Below are positions 1 to 12,543 of a DNA stretch of 64,000 nucleotides, one piece after another. Within the stretch, counting starts at the first letter, position 1. Each line of letters opens with the position of its first letter. Position numbers and translations under genes: made by a program. The notes under the pieces are model-generated. The model was not told where the DNA came from. It did no database searches and saw nothing but the letters and a program-made list of their open reading frames with translations. Origin of the DNA: Takakia lepidozioides (Eukaryota; Plantae; Bryophyta); assembly GCA_030704615.1 (NCBI GenBank), contig CM060731.1, forward strand, positions 83,700,001-83,764,000. The letters run 5' to 3'.

Positions 1-404
1 CCAAGCTGGACCTGTTGTGTCTATAACTACATAGTTGAAAGCTACTTGTTCTTGAAATGGACACTTTTGAAGCGTGACTGTCTGTGAGGGAATGAGTGTG
101 CACATGGGCATAAGTTTAATATTTGGGCATTGCGGCTGGCATGTCATGGCAAGGGTCTTCACATCAATCAGCAAAGTAGTAACCTGTTTCATTTGGATAT
201 TTGTGACCGGCAATTTATGACTTCAGCAGACTAGGCTCAGCACTCAAACAATTCCAAACCAGGGGAATTTGAAGGGTTGGAGGATGGCGAGGATGTGAAG
301 ATCATGCAATTAAGAAGTTTGAACATCCACATTGGAGTAAAATTTTGCGCAACATTCAATTACACCCATATCACTGTACGATATTTTCCAAACAATTCAG
401 CGCA

Positions 405-1225
405 TCAGAGAAACCCCTTTGTGTTTACATTCAAAGAAAAGCAAATGCAACTACGTAACATTTCCTCACCATACTCCGACGTTATGTCCTGCAACACCCC
501 AGAAACTACTGTTGCGGGGGAGGGACCCGGTAGCAAGTCGAGGCCAAGTCTTAAACTGATCTTTGGGCTAGGAGTCCTCTCCTCACCAACGACCTCGTCA
601 ACACACTCTTCGTCGGAGCCTTCCTCGGTCGTTGGATCCTCGCTTTCCGATCCCTCTTCTGCAAAATTATCAAAATAGTTCCGTACCGTTGAAAATTGAG
701 CAGCAGCCCTCACCTGTGCTGGCCATTGTGCCTACTGAGACATTCCCGTCCACGGTTGCTCAGCCTGAGCCTACGCTTTTGCTGCCATATATGGAGGTAG
801 GTCGTACCCTTTCTCCGGAGTAGTTAGAGCTGCAACCTGTTCAAGCACTTTCAACCTCTTCTCCCTACCAACGTCCTCCCTCCCGGTATCCGTGGAAGAC
901 CCTGAAATCCCCATGATGGCCTCAGCGGGACGCTTTGCAATCTGCAAGGGCGGCTCGTAACTGCAATTATGACATAACATATTAGATCAATTTTTGCATG
1001 AATGATGATTTGAGGAAATGGGAACTCTCTTGCAATAGCTCGTCGTCCCCTTCCAAGGCGAGCAGATGCCTTCCGCAAATTGTTGCAGCCACCATGGAGG
1101 ACCCGCATCCCACTATCAGATCGACTACTGTTCCCTCTTCTGGTGAACACATCTCCATGAAGGTTTGCATGAACCTGGGGCTTTTCTCACGTGCCTCGCG
1201 GAAGAAGGTGCCATCTTGTCGTTTG
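405..1225 (-). pseudogene. 3' fragment of a distant (subfamily 3) homolog of the transposon-borne amino-methyltransferase gene
   Basis: Minus strand reads ...REKSPRFMQTFMEMCSPEEGTVVDLIVGCGSSMVAATICGRHLLALEGD, matching the beta-class N6/N4 MTase C-terminus (motif I region). It is followed by TTPEKGYDLPPYMAAKA (cf. PSPEREYILPTYAARLA in copy C) and an acidic tail (NYFDNFAEEGSESED, cf. RFVLDSAEESGGED). Confidence 0.75.
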
Positions 1226-1369
1226 TGGGGAGTCTATCATCCCTGACCATGTTCCTCACCACATTGTTAGAGGGTTGTCTGAGACTTAGACAGTTTTACG
1301 GGTTCTGTGGGGTACCCTTAATTTTTGCATAGACTTAGACCAACACAGGCTTTAGGGGTGGTACACATG

Positions 1370-1550
1370 CTTACACAGTTTGACATAGCCTATCACAGTC
1401 TATCAGAGCCTGACACAGTCTATCACAGCCCGACACTGCCAGTCACAGCCCGACACAGCTCGACACAGTCCAACACAACCAGTCACAGCCTGACACAGCT
1501 CAACACAGCCAGTCACAACCTGGCACAGTCCGACACAGCCGACACAGCAT
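1370..1550. repeat. Degenerate short tandem repeat (~10-bp units such as CACAGCCCGA/CACAGTC)
   Basis: Repeated acacagcc/gacacagtc/gtcacagcc units are directly visible; may lie within an LTR-like segment. Confidence 0.7.
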
Positions 1551-3319
1551 TCGCAGGGAACGGTTACCATGGCAGGGAACGACATCGGCAGAGGGAATGT
1601 GTATTCTGTCTGGATGACAGTTAGTTAGTTAGGTAGTTAGAATAGCTTGCAGGTAGAAAAGGCAAAATAGCAACGGGGAGAGGACACTTCGAGGATCACG
1701 ACCTGTACATCACGGAAGGAGGTCAAGCGGAGAGACCAATCTTGGAGCACAGGGGATGGAGATTACACATACGAGGAGATGATGCTTGATTCATGCAAGC
1801 TGTAGAGTTGTACTGAAGAGCAGACTAGAGACACCATGGCTTCAGCCTGATACTTGATAGATCTTAATCTAATACATATTCCATATTCACACTGTGTAGA
1901 GAGACCTGAGTGAAGCTGTGGAATGAATGGATGAGTGATTGGAACCTAGTAGATTGCTGAAGCAATCTGATACTTAAATATAAACAGTAAGGTAACTTGC
2001 TGACATGAAGGCAAGAAGGAATACAAACAGGAAGCACTCCCATGATACACTAGTTGTAGGTCATGACTGATTGTTCTGAGCGGGCTGAGTGCTTAGAGAT
2101 ATCCAACTCTTCTATCTTGGAGTTCCCACCTCGGATAGCGAAGGGATGGGTGAGTAAAAGCCGCTCGACATTTGGCGACCATACTGGGGAACTGGGTCAA
2201 GAACAACCAGATGTGACAGGCATCTGGTGGGATCATGGTGGTTGGAGAATCAAAGAATTTGATGTGAATCAAATTCCATGTGGAACTGAGAAAGAAAGAT
2301 TGTCCAAACAATTGTTTCAGAGGTTCTTAGAATTGCCAGACGGTTGCAAAGGAAACATTCTTAAGAGAGTGCATGATGCTGATCCTGAGTGGGGTCTGGA
2401 GAAAGGAGTGATAAAGATTTATCAAGTGGCCTGTAGAGGGAGAGCAAGTTGGTTACAAACACTGGTTTATGTGATAGCATTGCTATCCATTAAACGAGTG
2501 GAGTTTGAAGGCTGGGAGGAACGGAAAGTGAATGTTTAGACTTATATGCATGAAGAACTTGTACAGGTAAAGAATTGGATTCCTAAGGATATCCTGTGGA
2601 TCAAACTTATACCAAGAACAGCTTTTCAGACGTGCTTGCCATATGGTTATATGGTAACGGAGACTTCTAGTATAGCCAAGGGTGCATTAAAGCTTGAAAG
2701 AAATCCAGGCATATACGAGAGATACTACAAAAGAGAGTTTTGGTTATTGCCTCATTAAGGATATGAAAGACATGGGACATGAGTGATGAAAGATAAGCTA
2801 GACTCCACAGATATTCAGCAAAAAGAGAAAGTTATTTGAAAGCTAATTATCCATATCTTTGGGAGAGAGGAATAGACATAGGGGAATCATCTGGACCTCT
2901 CACACCATTAAGACCAGAGAGTACATCACCCATACCGGAAGAACCAGCGTTGGATGCCACTCCTTCTTATCCTTTACAAGAAAGATTAAGGGATTTGGTA
3001 CAGGAAGAAGATCAGCCACGAGGGGAAAGATCTGAGGTACATCCCTGGATTAAAGATTTGACGTAAATCTTTGATCAGAGTTGACATGGAACACCAAAAG
3101 CAGGAACTCCAGTTTTTGAAGCACAAGACAAAGAAGGAGAGGATGATGTGGAAGGGCCAACGGGGGGCTGCTATTTCATGAGCGGAAAAAAAAAATGCAT
3201 GAGCGGACCATTGTGTGTCCACGGAAATAGGGTTAGGAGGCACGGAAATAGGGTCATGTGAAGTTGGAATGTGGCACCAGTGGACTCGTCATAGCAATGA
3301 AATGCAACATTTTATTGCA

Positions 3320-4935
3320 AGGCGAAGGCAAAGACATGCCTGTCGGACAACGTCCCTACCCACATTGAAGCACCTGAGGGACAAAGCGGGTGGTTAGTAG
3401 CATGCGGCATGCAATTGCAATCGGGCCAGGGGACAAAATGTGCACGTGAAGGCTTACCCGTGCCGCATGTGAGGTCAAGAATCCGCCCTTGGACATCCGA
3501 GCACGTCTCCATGAGGGTTTGGATGAAAGCAGGGCTCCGGGTCCGGCTGTACCGCCACGGTTTGCCTGTCTTTGTGTCCTTCGGCATACTGGATTGGGGC
3601 ACATAGTTGTAGAGGACATCGTAGGTAACAGGGTCCATAGCGGCATCAACAAGACGACCGTCATTGCGGAATTTGAACGTAGACCGTCTCTTCACAAAAC
3701 AATATGCCTCAAACACCAATGTCTGCACATCCAACAAAAGAGGGATCCACTCCAGGGTCTAGTTTAGATACACCAAAATATGAAGTGAATGCAATAGATT
3801 GACAACTTACACTCTGGCCCTCTGTTCGCAACCCCTGCGTATTGATGCAGAACCATTTTTTCAGGAGGACCGGGGTGACACTTTTTGGTGTCCACCTTGC
3901 CACAACATTCTCTGTGGTCTTCCCTCTTGTGGCAAGGACCACAATACATCCACCGTCATCCAGGAGCATCTCCGCCAGCCCAAACCCGGCTCTCCAGTAG
4001 TCCTCCGTAAACCTGTTCCAGGTGGGCACACCATCCAGGCCCTCCAACAGCTCCCCATCGAGGAGAATCATATCGCAGGCTCTCTCCACCTCAAACCCCC
4101 CCCCCCCCCCCCGAGTGCTCTTGCAATCCGTGCTCACAGCCATGAAGAATTCCATCATGGCTTCCAAACCAGGGGTGTCTTTAGGCTCTGTAGCAGCAGC
4201 CCTCTTCTTGGTTTTCCCCTTCAGCTCCTCCAGAGACTTGCTGTGTGCCACCTTCTTCGCCCTGGCAGCCAGAGCATCAAGAAAGCTCTCATTGACGCAT
4301 TGGATGATAGTTGGGGATTCTAACTTTGGCCTTTGTGGAAACGTCACCGTCAAATACCGCCGTGTAGGCTCGCCCTCAAATGCCAACTTCTTGGTAGAGC
4401 CAGTCCCAGTCCGAACTGACTTGGGAACCCGGACGACCGGTGACTTGGTAGTAGCAGCAGCAGTCGCAGGACCTTGCACAAAGTCGTCGTCGGAGTCACT
4501 CCCTTGGGGCCCCTCCTGCGCCTCCTCTGGTGCCCCGGTGGTTTTCTATTTTTTGGGGGTTACTTTACTCCCCTGTTTCCGTGTCCTTTTCATTTGTCCT
4601 TTATTCTTCTCATTCAATTTCTCCTGAATACCTGCCTAAGCAAGCTCTGCCGCTTTCCTGGACTTGACAAGCGCTTTCGCCTCCTTTGGACCCAGCGGAG
4701 GCAGCGGAGCTCGGTTTGGTCGGGCCTCCGCATCCAGCTTCAATTGGAACTCGGATGAGTCGAGCGAGCCGGGCGGAAGGTCCACATACCAAGGGCAGTC
4801 GCGCAAATGCTCCAGATGCCACTCCTTCACGATAACGTCAGTGTACATGGAGTCAGCTCCAGGGTTCCTCCATGCGAGGAAGAATGGCAGCTGGAAGGAC
4901 AGATGACCTTTCTCCAACAGGGAGAACTTACAGTA
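3320..4935 (-). pseudogene. MTase-coding exons of copy A
   Basis: ORFs 3312-3737, 3709-4479 and 4636-4965 are highly similar to copy C exons. Motif IV has lost 3 codons (DMILLD---GELLEG vs DMILLDIPDGELLEG). Motif I ILDLTCGTG is present. Confidence 0.85.
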
Positions 4936-4969
4936 CCTGCATTCAAAAAACACAGACAGAATCACATCC

Positions 4970-5270
4970 TTTTTTCCAGACTGGGTCCGAAAATGGCTAA
5001 GTCCCAGATCTGACTGGGCCCGGAACTGGAAAAATGGCGCCGAATTTCCAGAATATGTGCCATCCGCCCCAGGGACTTAGCCATTTTTGGACCCTGTACT
5101 AGAAAAATGGCGCCATTTTTCCAGTACAGGGTCCAAAAATGGCTAAGTCCCAGAACTGACTGGGCCCGGAATTGGAAAAATGGCGCCGAATTTCCAAACT
5201 GTGCCAGCCACCCCCGGGGCTTAGCCATCCGCCCCATGACCGGAAACAGGAAATTCGGCGCCATTTTTCT
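4970..5270. repeat. Intronic palindrome array of copy A
   Basis: Repeated GGAAAAATGGCGCCGAATTTCC and GGGACTTAGCC/GGCTAAGTCCC units. Confidence 0.8.
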
Positions 5271-5759
5271 AGGGGCTTCACAACTAATTTTCATGCGCCA
5301 CATAATGCAACTTACATCCTGGAAATGTAGGGACTACAATGGCCACGGATCAAAGAAAGGCAACGCGTATGTACCTGTACAGAAAGCGCGTTGCCGCTTT
5401 GTCGCCGTTCGGCTGGTCGGCATTGCCGCATTGCCGCCCGTAGGGCTTCAGTTTGCGACGCGGTCTGGATGTGGGGTTTCTCTCAAGAGAGCCACACCCT
5501 TCTCCACGCGGCATACGTCCAAGTAAAAGAAAAAATCTCCCGCAGAATGCATACGTACATGCCTCGAATGGAACTTCATCCACCCGTCACATCAGGTGTC
5601 GAAGGCGTATCCGGGAAGCAAGCGCGGTATCCGTGTGGAACGTCCGGTTCAAAACAGACGGCGGAGGACATTTAATGCGCAACTGCACCCTTAAATGTAG
5701 GTATGGAGGTCGCCCACAGGCGCCACCTGGCCCACCCTCCCCCCGAGACTTCATCAACA

Positions 5760-6200
5760 GCCCGCTGGATGGAAAAAAGCGACGCCAAATTTCCATTCAG
5801 CGGATGAAGTGGGACGCACCGTGGCCCTCCCTCCGCCCAAGATGTTCTCCTCTAGAAGCAGCTGGATGGAAAACCGGCGCCGAATTTCCATCCTGCAGGC
5901 AAGCGGGAGCGCGGCCGGATGGAAAACCCGAATTTCCATCCTGCAGGTAAACCGGAGGGCTGCAGGATGGAAAACCGGCGCCGAATTTCCATCTTGCAAG
6001 TAAACCGGAGCGCTGCAGGATGGAAAACCAGCGTTGAATTTCCATCCTGCAGGTAAACCGGAGAGCTGCAGGATGGAAAACCGGCGCCGAATTTCCATCC
6101 TGCAAGTAAACCGGAACGCTGCAGGATGGAAAACCGGCGCCGAATTTCCATCCTGCAAGTAAATCGGTCCACCTCATGGATGGAAATCCGGCACCAAATT
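5760..6200. repeat. Tandem ~52-bp array with palindrome GGATGGAAAACCGGCGCCGAATTTCCATCC
   Basis: About 7-8 units visible between 5765 and 6200. Confidence 0.88.
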
Positions 6201-6608
6201 TGTCTCTACTGGACGACATTGGTGGGCATAACGTGCCAAAAAGTGGACCGCCGGCGAAAAACTCTAAGTTGAGTGACTGATTAGACAAAAAAACGCGAAA
6301 AACAAATCAAAATTGTTGATGAAGGGTCGATACGGGCGTCTGTTGATGGATATTCGGCGCCGTTTTTCCATCCTGCAGATGATCTCTTTTGGCCACTCCC
6401 CCCGAGACGACTCTATGTATCGCCTGAGTTGCCAACGTTCGAAAACGGTGGAAGGGCCTCATCAACTGCCCTTCACCGGGGTAAGAAAACCTACGTACCT
6501 TACGTGTCCCTTCATGGCGACCCCAAAATCGTCACCTTACGAATTTCATAATAAGGCCCTAGGGGTCTAATGCCTGGCGTAAGGTACCTCCTCCTGTCAG
6601 AACGAAAC

Positions 6609-8015
6609 TTTTTTTTTTAAAAAAGTTAAAAAGGGAAGTAGCCTTTTATTAAGATTACTGAAGGGAAAAAAATTACAACCTTTTTAGGCCCGAAGGCTGC
6701 CATAAGGCTTTAACTCACAAAAGGTCGTGACGGATGATCCGGTGAACTGTAACAAATGAAAAATAACCAATGAAGAATGCAACATTCTAGTAACTGGCCT
6801 ATCCTCTAGTGCTTGAGACAGGGCCCTAAGAGTGACTTAGGTGGGGTCGGAACAACGAACATTGAACAGCGCAAGAGCCTATAGATTGTAACAACATGAA
6901 CTATGGCAAGTGACTACAATGTATATGAGATTGTTTGCTACCAGAGAAGCAAGGAAGGTAGAAAAGAGAGAGTGGATTTTATCTACGATAGACAAGTCTA
7001 GTCTTAGTAGATAGTTTCCAGTTAACGTCCGATTGGTCGAATTCTAGTGAAGCGGAAGAGGAGGGCTCCATGCTGTTGCCATTGAAGTGGGATGTGCCCT
7101 GGCCATACACAGGAGTCAGGCCCACCGCAGGTACAACTGATGTCTTGCCTCCCCCAAGAGGATTTGAAGGCCTAGAGGAGGACAATGCCTTTCTGGGGTC
7201 CTGTCAATTTTTGCACGGAGTTTTGACCACCCCAGTTTAGCAACAATAGTAAGATCAAAGAATATTCTAGTGAGCAAAGCAGTGATTGTGGAATTAGTGT
7301 TGTCCAGAGTCCAGCTGCATCGTGCCTTCCAGATATGCCAAAGTGTAGCTCCTCTTAGAGCTTCAAACACCGGGCATGTAAGTGCTCCAGATGGTCTTTG
7401 ATGTGTGATTGTAATTCAAGAGAAGGGTCCTTGGTGTAAGTGGGAAGTGATTCCAGGCTCTGTACAGGTCTTGAACTAGGGGCTTGATCCTGAAGGGGGC
7501 GTGACATTGGAGTAAGCAATGCTCCAATGATTCTATTGTGTGCAAGTTACAGCAAGTGCATAACAGAGCCTCTTGGAAGTTCAAGAGCCGCCCAACTTTC
7601 AGAGCCCTGTTAGCGATATGCCACAGGAAAGCACTTAGTTTAGTTGGTTTAGTTTTGTCCCAAACTATCTGCCAAATGCAGTCCCAGTTTTTGTCACAGA
7701 AGCCTTTGTGGCCCCATTTCTCATTCCATTTGTTTGTTAATGGTTTGGCATTGAGGATGGCTCCGTAGGCTTTTTGGCAGAGTAAGTAAAGAAATGTGAA
7801 AGGGTGCTTCCGAAGCTCCATTTCCATTTGGCTAGATCAATCTGGAGATCCTGCACGGGGTGACACCCCAACCCAGGTAAATGTATTTTGAATCACCCGA
7901 GGAGGGGTTTGTCCAGTGGGGCCTTAGGATTATACTCTTTGGTGCTTGATGACCAGTGACAAACGTGAGCTGGGTAGACTGCTGACATGTGAATAAATTG
8001 ATTCTGGCTGGAGTA
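6609..8015 (-). mobile_element. L1-like LINE 3' fragment (ORF2 C-terminal zf-RVT region, 3' UTR, poly-A)
   Basis: ORF 7363-7827 has W..IW...P.KL.AFLW.I...AL.V...CTCC..TIESLEHCLLQC. ORF 7116-7370 has LWHIWKARC. A T-run at ~6609-6618 is the poly-A on the minus strand. The 5' side is cut by the CACTA end. Confidence 0.8.
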
Positions 8016-9980
8016 CACTAAAAAGAAAACGCGGAATAACCACTGGCCCCTTTAACCACTCCTGTCTTTTACCACTCTATAAACCACTCACCAGTAATGG
8101 TAACCACTAGCAAGTGGTTAATCCCGATGAAATGCCACGGTGGCATCAGAGGGAGTGGTTGGAAGTGGTTCCAACCACGTACTCCACGTATAATATTATA
8201 TATTTTTTATTTTGGATTTATCATTTGGTAATATATTGCTGTTAATAAATGTAATATTCCACGTGGACGGGTACAGTGGTAGACGTTAGTGGTTAAAGAC
8301 ACCTCTGATGGGAAGTGGTTGAAACCACTTGCTACTCCACATGTAATGATGTAAGTTTATTTAGGATTTATTATTTGAAAATATATTTTAATAAGTAAAT
8401 ATAATATTCCAGGGTACGTAGATCTTGAGTGGTTAAAGACACCTCAGTGATTAGTACCACTTGGACAGTGGTGGAGAGTGAGTGGTTAAATACACTACAG
8501 TGATTGGCACCACTTGGACTACGGTCGCTCGTGAGTGGTTAAACACACCTCAGTCATTGGTACCACTTTTGTGGTTATACATGAAAATGTTAAAGTGGTT
8601 TGTGCACTTGCGTCAGACTTTGAAAAACAGACAAGTGTCCAGATCATTGTAGGATGATGCTATTAAATAGATGGTTCCAAACAATTAACTTTATTCTGAA
8701 TCTGAATCACAGTATTCACTCTCTGAAGCACTTTCCTCAACTGGAATAGCAGTTGACTGCACAAATGCCGCTTGAATGGTAGCCAACATAGCTAGCTCTT
8801 CTTTATTTAGAGCCGTGGCACCCTCTAACGACCTAGGTGTGGGCTGATCTGATAAGGTAGAGGGTGCCCGTAGACCATCAAAATCTGCATTTTCACCAAT
8901 GTCACATTGATCTACGTCCACCACAATTCTTTTTGCTCTTGGATCTTTCTGAAGGACTACCTTCCACTCCGAACCTACTGACTCATAAGGAAAGAACACA
9001 TGTTCTGCTCGAGAGGGAAAAATGAACGGCTCTTTATCTTCGGGCAACATCCTCCCAAAATTCGCAAGAAGAAAACCATATGAATCCCTTTCCATTGTAG
9101 CATTTTCGCCAACAAGGTTGGCCTGCACCCAAGCACAACGAAATACAATTGGGTGTACTCGTCTATAATCCAATTTCAAGATCGCTTTGATGACCCCAAC
9201 GTACTCTAATGGTGACATGACTGGATTTCTATTACGCACACTATCTCTACTCTCTTGGTGGAAGATGGATGCAACTCCGGAATGAAAAGAGACAGAAGAG
9301 GACTCTCCGTGTGGTCCACTCGATAATGATTTACGTATGCCTTCATCCCACCAAATGAGGCTGGTCTCAACGAGGGGGGACAAGACGAATGAACGACATC
9401 CCTATCTTCAACAGTATGCTCAGAGACATGAATCTGGACTACACGTCGTATCCATGTCAGTAGGGGTGGAAACTCCAACAAATGGTTTGGATATTGCACC
9501 GGAAGGTAATGCGGACTTCGATTGGCATGCCATTCACAACTAAATGCCTCTCTATCTGCTGTGAACTGTGCCTTCTCTGTTGCATACTTCCTGTCACAAA
9601 ATGGCAAGAAGAATGACACTTTTTAGCAATGAAGTGTTGCATTACTTGACACCCCAACCTAGCATGAATGCTACTATGAAAACCACTGTTTCAAACCACT
9701 AGAGGAGTGAGCAGAATGACTTGAAAATGAACATGCTAGATTATAACAAATCACTCACTCAGGCATTCAGTTACTATAGCAGTTGTTATCATCACTAATG
9801 AACTACTGAATACTTACCGACAATTATGAAGTGGAATCAACCACTGATGACAGTCAGAATTGAAATTTCACTTGATATGAATAAGGAGCAATGATAAGAA
9901 GTACTCACTGCACCCAAGGAGCCATGACATTGGTATTGTTCAGCACATACAAATGTGCTGCATCTCTCTCAGCACCAGTC
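8016..9980 (-). mobile_element. CACTA (En/Spm) element end with subterminal repeats and transposase C-terminal remnant
   Basis: CACTAAAAAGAAAA terminus at 8016, dense ACCACT/AGTGGT subterminal repeats at 8030-8600, and a DUF4216-like ORF. The other terminus was not found. Confidence 0.8.
8691..9383 (-). pseudogene. CACTA transposase (TnpD-like) C-terminal DUF4216-like domain
   Basis: YVGVIKAILKLDY...IVFRCAWV...DSYGFLLANF...EPFIFPSRAEHVFF...EWKVVL matches the typical DUF4216 pattern. The upstream part is frameshifted (ORF 9206-9619). Confidence 0.8.
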
Positions 9981-9984
9981 ATGT

Positions 9985-11431
9985 CCCGCTTTTGCCTCCA
10001 CCTTCCAAGACCTCACCCTCAACCCCTTCCTCTTCATTTGCATCCCAAATCCGGCGTTGGGTTGCATCAAATGATTGCATATACTCAGTTACCTCCAAAG
10101 CCCCAGTAGAGCCTTCGTCCGACCCCATTCACATTGCTCATGCGCACCTTTTTTGGCTGATCCACCCCGTACCTGACCCTCCAGAACCCCGGCCAATCCG
10201 GAACCTTCTTACTACCCTGATTAAAGAAGCCAACAAATAAGCCTCAGCTTCCCTCAGCCACACCAAACTACATATCCAGAAATGGACCCTTTCCAATGTA
10301 CTCCACCATAAAATGTCCAACCAATTCTGGCACACTAAAGCCGCATCTAATGCACAAATACGGCAAACACTTAAATTCAAATATGCCCAATACATGGGCC
10401 ATCAGAGAAAGCACACCTTCTGGCCAACCCTATTCCCATCCCCGCACTGCCCACTTTGCTCCCACATCCACGCAACACGTGATATCTGGCCCCATATTCT
10501 TAGCGAATGTCCCCACCCCATCATCCACGGGCTTTGTATTGCCTGACATAACCATGTCGTATGGCATATCCATAAACTCCTATTACGACGCAATGAAACT
10601 AGATGGTTTACACTCATCAATGCTGACACGTACCAAGGCCGGCCTCTGGACCATACGGTACCTACATGGCTATTTCCTTGTGTGTGTCGACCTCTCACAT
10701 CATGCACATGCCCTGCCAGACTATGCCCGGATCCATATCCTCATAGTCCAAGGTCTTCCCATTAATGCTTCCCCACCCACTGTACCGGCCCTAGCTATCA
10801 CCATATATTTCATAGAATATACTTACTGCCACGACCACTTTCCCAACTCCTCCATCCTCGAAAAACGCCAAAAATATGCACCACTCATTCTTGTTATCCG
10901 CCGGCGGGGATGGGCCACAGGCCCTCTCACTGTCATCATTGCCGACACCAGAGAGGGCATCCATAATGCCAGCATCTCTGCACTTCAAAACAATTTTCAA
11001 ATCCCTATCACTTCTATCCACAAATGCTTTCAAGCCATACACCTCACTGCGCTCCGTTCTCTCACTGCTATCATCACAAACAAACGACAGCTCGAGTCCA
11101 GCCCTCCTCACGCTTCCTAGGTGCCATGGTACCCGATAGGTACTCATGGGGTACCCCATGGGTTCCCGTGGGTACCACATGGTACCCTTTGCGCCGTGGG
11201 TACCATCTCCATTGCTTGTTCCTTGGTGTCCCCTGGACACCGGTTTTCACATAGGGTCCACCTCTGAAAGGAGGCAGTAGCCGCAAGGCGAAGTGGCTCT
11301 TAGTTACGCCGGCTTCGGCCGTAGTCTTCTCTCTCTAGCTTTATTGGGTATAACCAAGTAACACCATTTTAAATAAAATCTGGACATCTGTTAAATAATT
11401 ATAAATAATTAATAAATATGGGAAAAAAAAA
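9985..11431 (+). mobile_element. 5'-truncated non-LTR retrotransposon with a restriction-like (REL) endonuclease C-terminus (RandI/Dualen- or NeSL-like)
   Basis: CCHC knuckle CPLCSH...WPHILSEC followed by (R>*)HN; later FIEYTYCHD...EKRQKYAPL....RRGW. Structured 3' UTR and A-rich tail to ~11431. Boundaries are approximate. Confidence 0.65.
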
Positions 11432-12543
11432 CTATATTCAGTATTAACAATGCATTAAAGCTTACAATTTTGGATTTTCCAAGATTGGTCTGAAAAGTAG
11501 CATCGTCCTTTGCAAAATAAATGATCAGCAAGACACCTATGTTGAATTTGAGGAGATCGCTCATGAGTATATTCACGGAGCGGAGATCTCCCGTGCACTC
11601 GACAGGTAGTTTCTCGCAACTTACGCGAAACGAATCATTCGATTACTACATGATGGTTTAGGGGAGAGAAGATGAGAGGAGCTACTTGCTTGCAATGGCC
11701 GAGGATGCGGAGATACTCACAAAATTCCCGTATCCGGAAGAACTGCAAATGACCCCTGTCAAATCAAAAGGTCAGTTTCAATCGTGATAAACTGTTGTCG
11801 ATTGTATGTCGTCTTGTTTTTTTATCCTTTGTCAACACCTCATAAACGTTTTCACTGTAGGAGCGAAGGGAGATTCTCGGAGGATCTGCAGCGAGGTATT
11901 CTATCCACCTCATTATCTCAGTAGTTTCTATAGTTTCAATTGTATTCCATCATCTCATTAAAATTTATGTCCATCTTGCGAGGCAGACAAGAGAAGCGAG
12001 AGCGACACAACACAAATGCAACTCCGGGGGAGTGACAGTCAGTCCACCCGGGGGCGAGTCCCGTGAAAACGTAACAAATGCATGTCAATATCACATAAGA
12101 AACAGAGTAAGAGCTTTAAAACCACAATGGGTCGTGACTCAAAATTATTGGTAGAAACATTGAAATAATATTTTTGAATTATTGAAACTTAAGGGATAGA
12201 AAAATCTTTGTCACATTGAGGACATGAAATAACAAACGAAATGCATTGACCCGTCAAATACAAGGTCAGATACAATGTCAAATACAATTTCAAGTACAAT
12301 GTCAGCTTGTTGCTGGTGCTTTCAGACCTCCCCCCACCAGGGGAGATCTCCCGTGCTCAATACGAAAAGCGTCGAGCCGTCAAATTAAAAGAAAGTAAGA
12401 TCTAGAAATATTCACATGAACTGGTCATCCAGAAATTAAAACTGTCTGGTAAGACAACAGTTATTTGTCACCCTCCGAATACCAAATAAAAATCCAGTAA
12501 ATGTCGAACAGACGTCGAGACATAGCAGGGGAGAAATCCCATG

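Larger units (their letters stand above)
3163..6400 (-). mobile_element. Copy A: internally deleted, truncated MULE-MTase element (right terminus at 3163, reverse orientation)
   Basis: GGGGGCTGCTATTTCATGAGCGG at 3163 is the reverse complement of the right terminus of copies B/C. MTase exons at 3320-4935, intron array at ~4970-5270 and central array at ~5760-6200 follow. Deletion junctions at ~3320 and ~5425. No left TIR seen. Confidence 0.88.

Noticed and set aside
1265-2005. Possible solo LTR (TGTTAG...CTGACA)
   Set aside because: No matching TSD, no second copy and no PBS; the ORFs at 2063-3066 have no recognisable motifs.
11254-11300. Hammerhead ribozyme
   Set aside because: Three-stem layout, but it lacks the CUGANGA and GAAA core; kept only as an unclassified structured RNA.
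11432-12500. Continuation of the CACTA element or of the subfamily-2 transposase
   Set aside because: No CACTA terminus, palindrome motif or recognisable homology; left unannotated.
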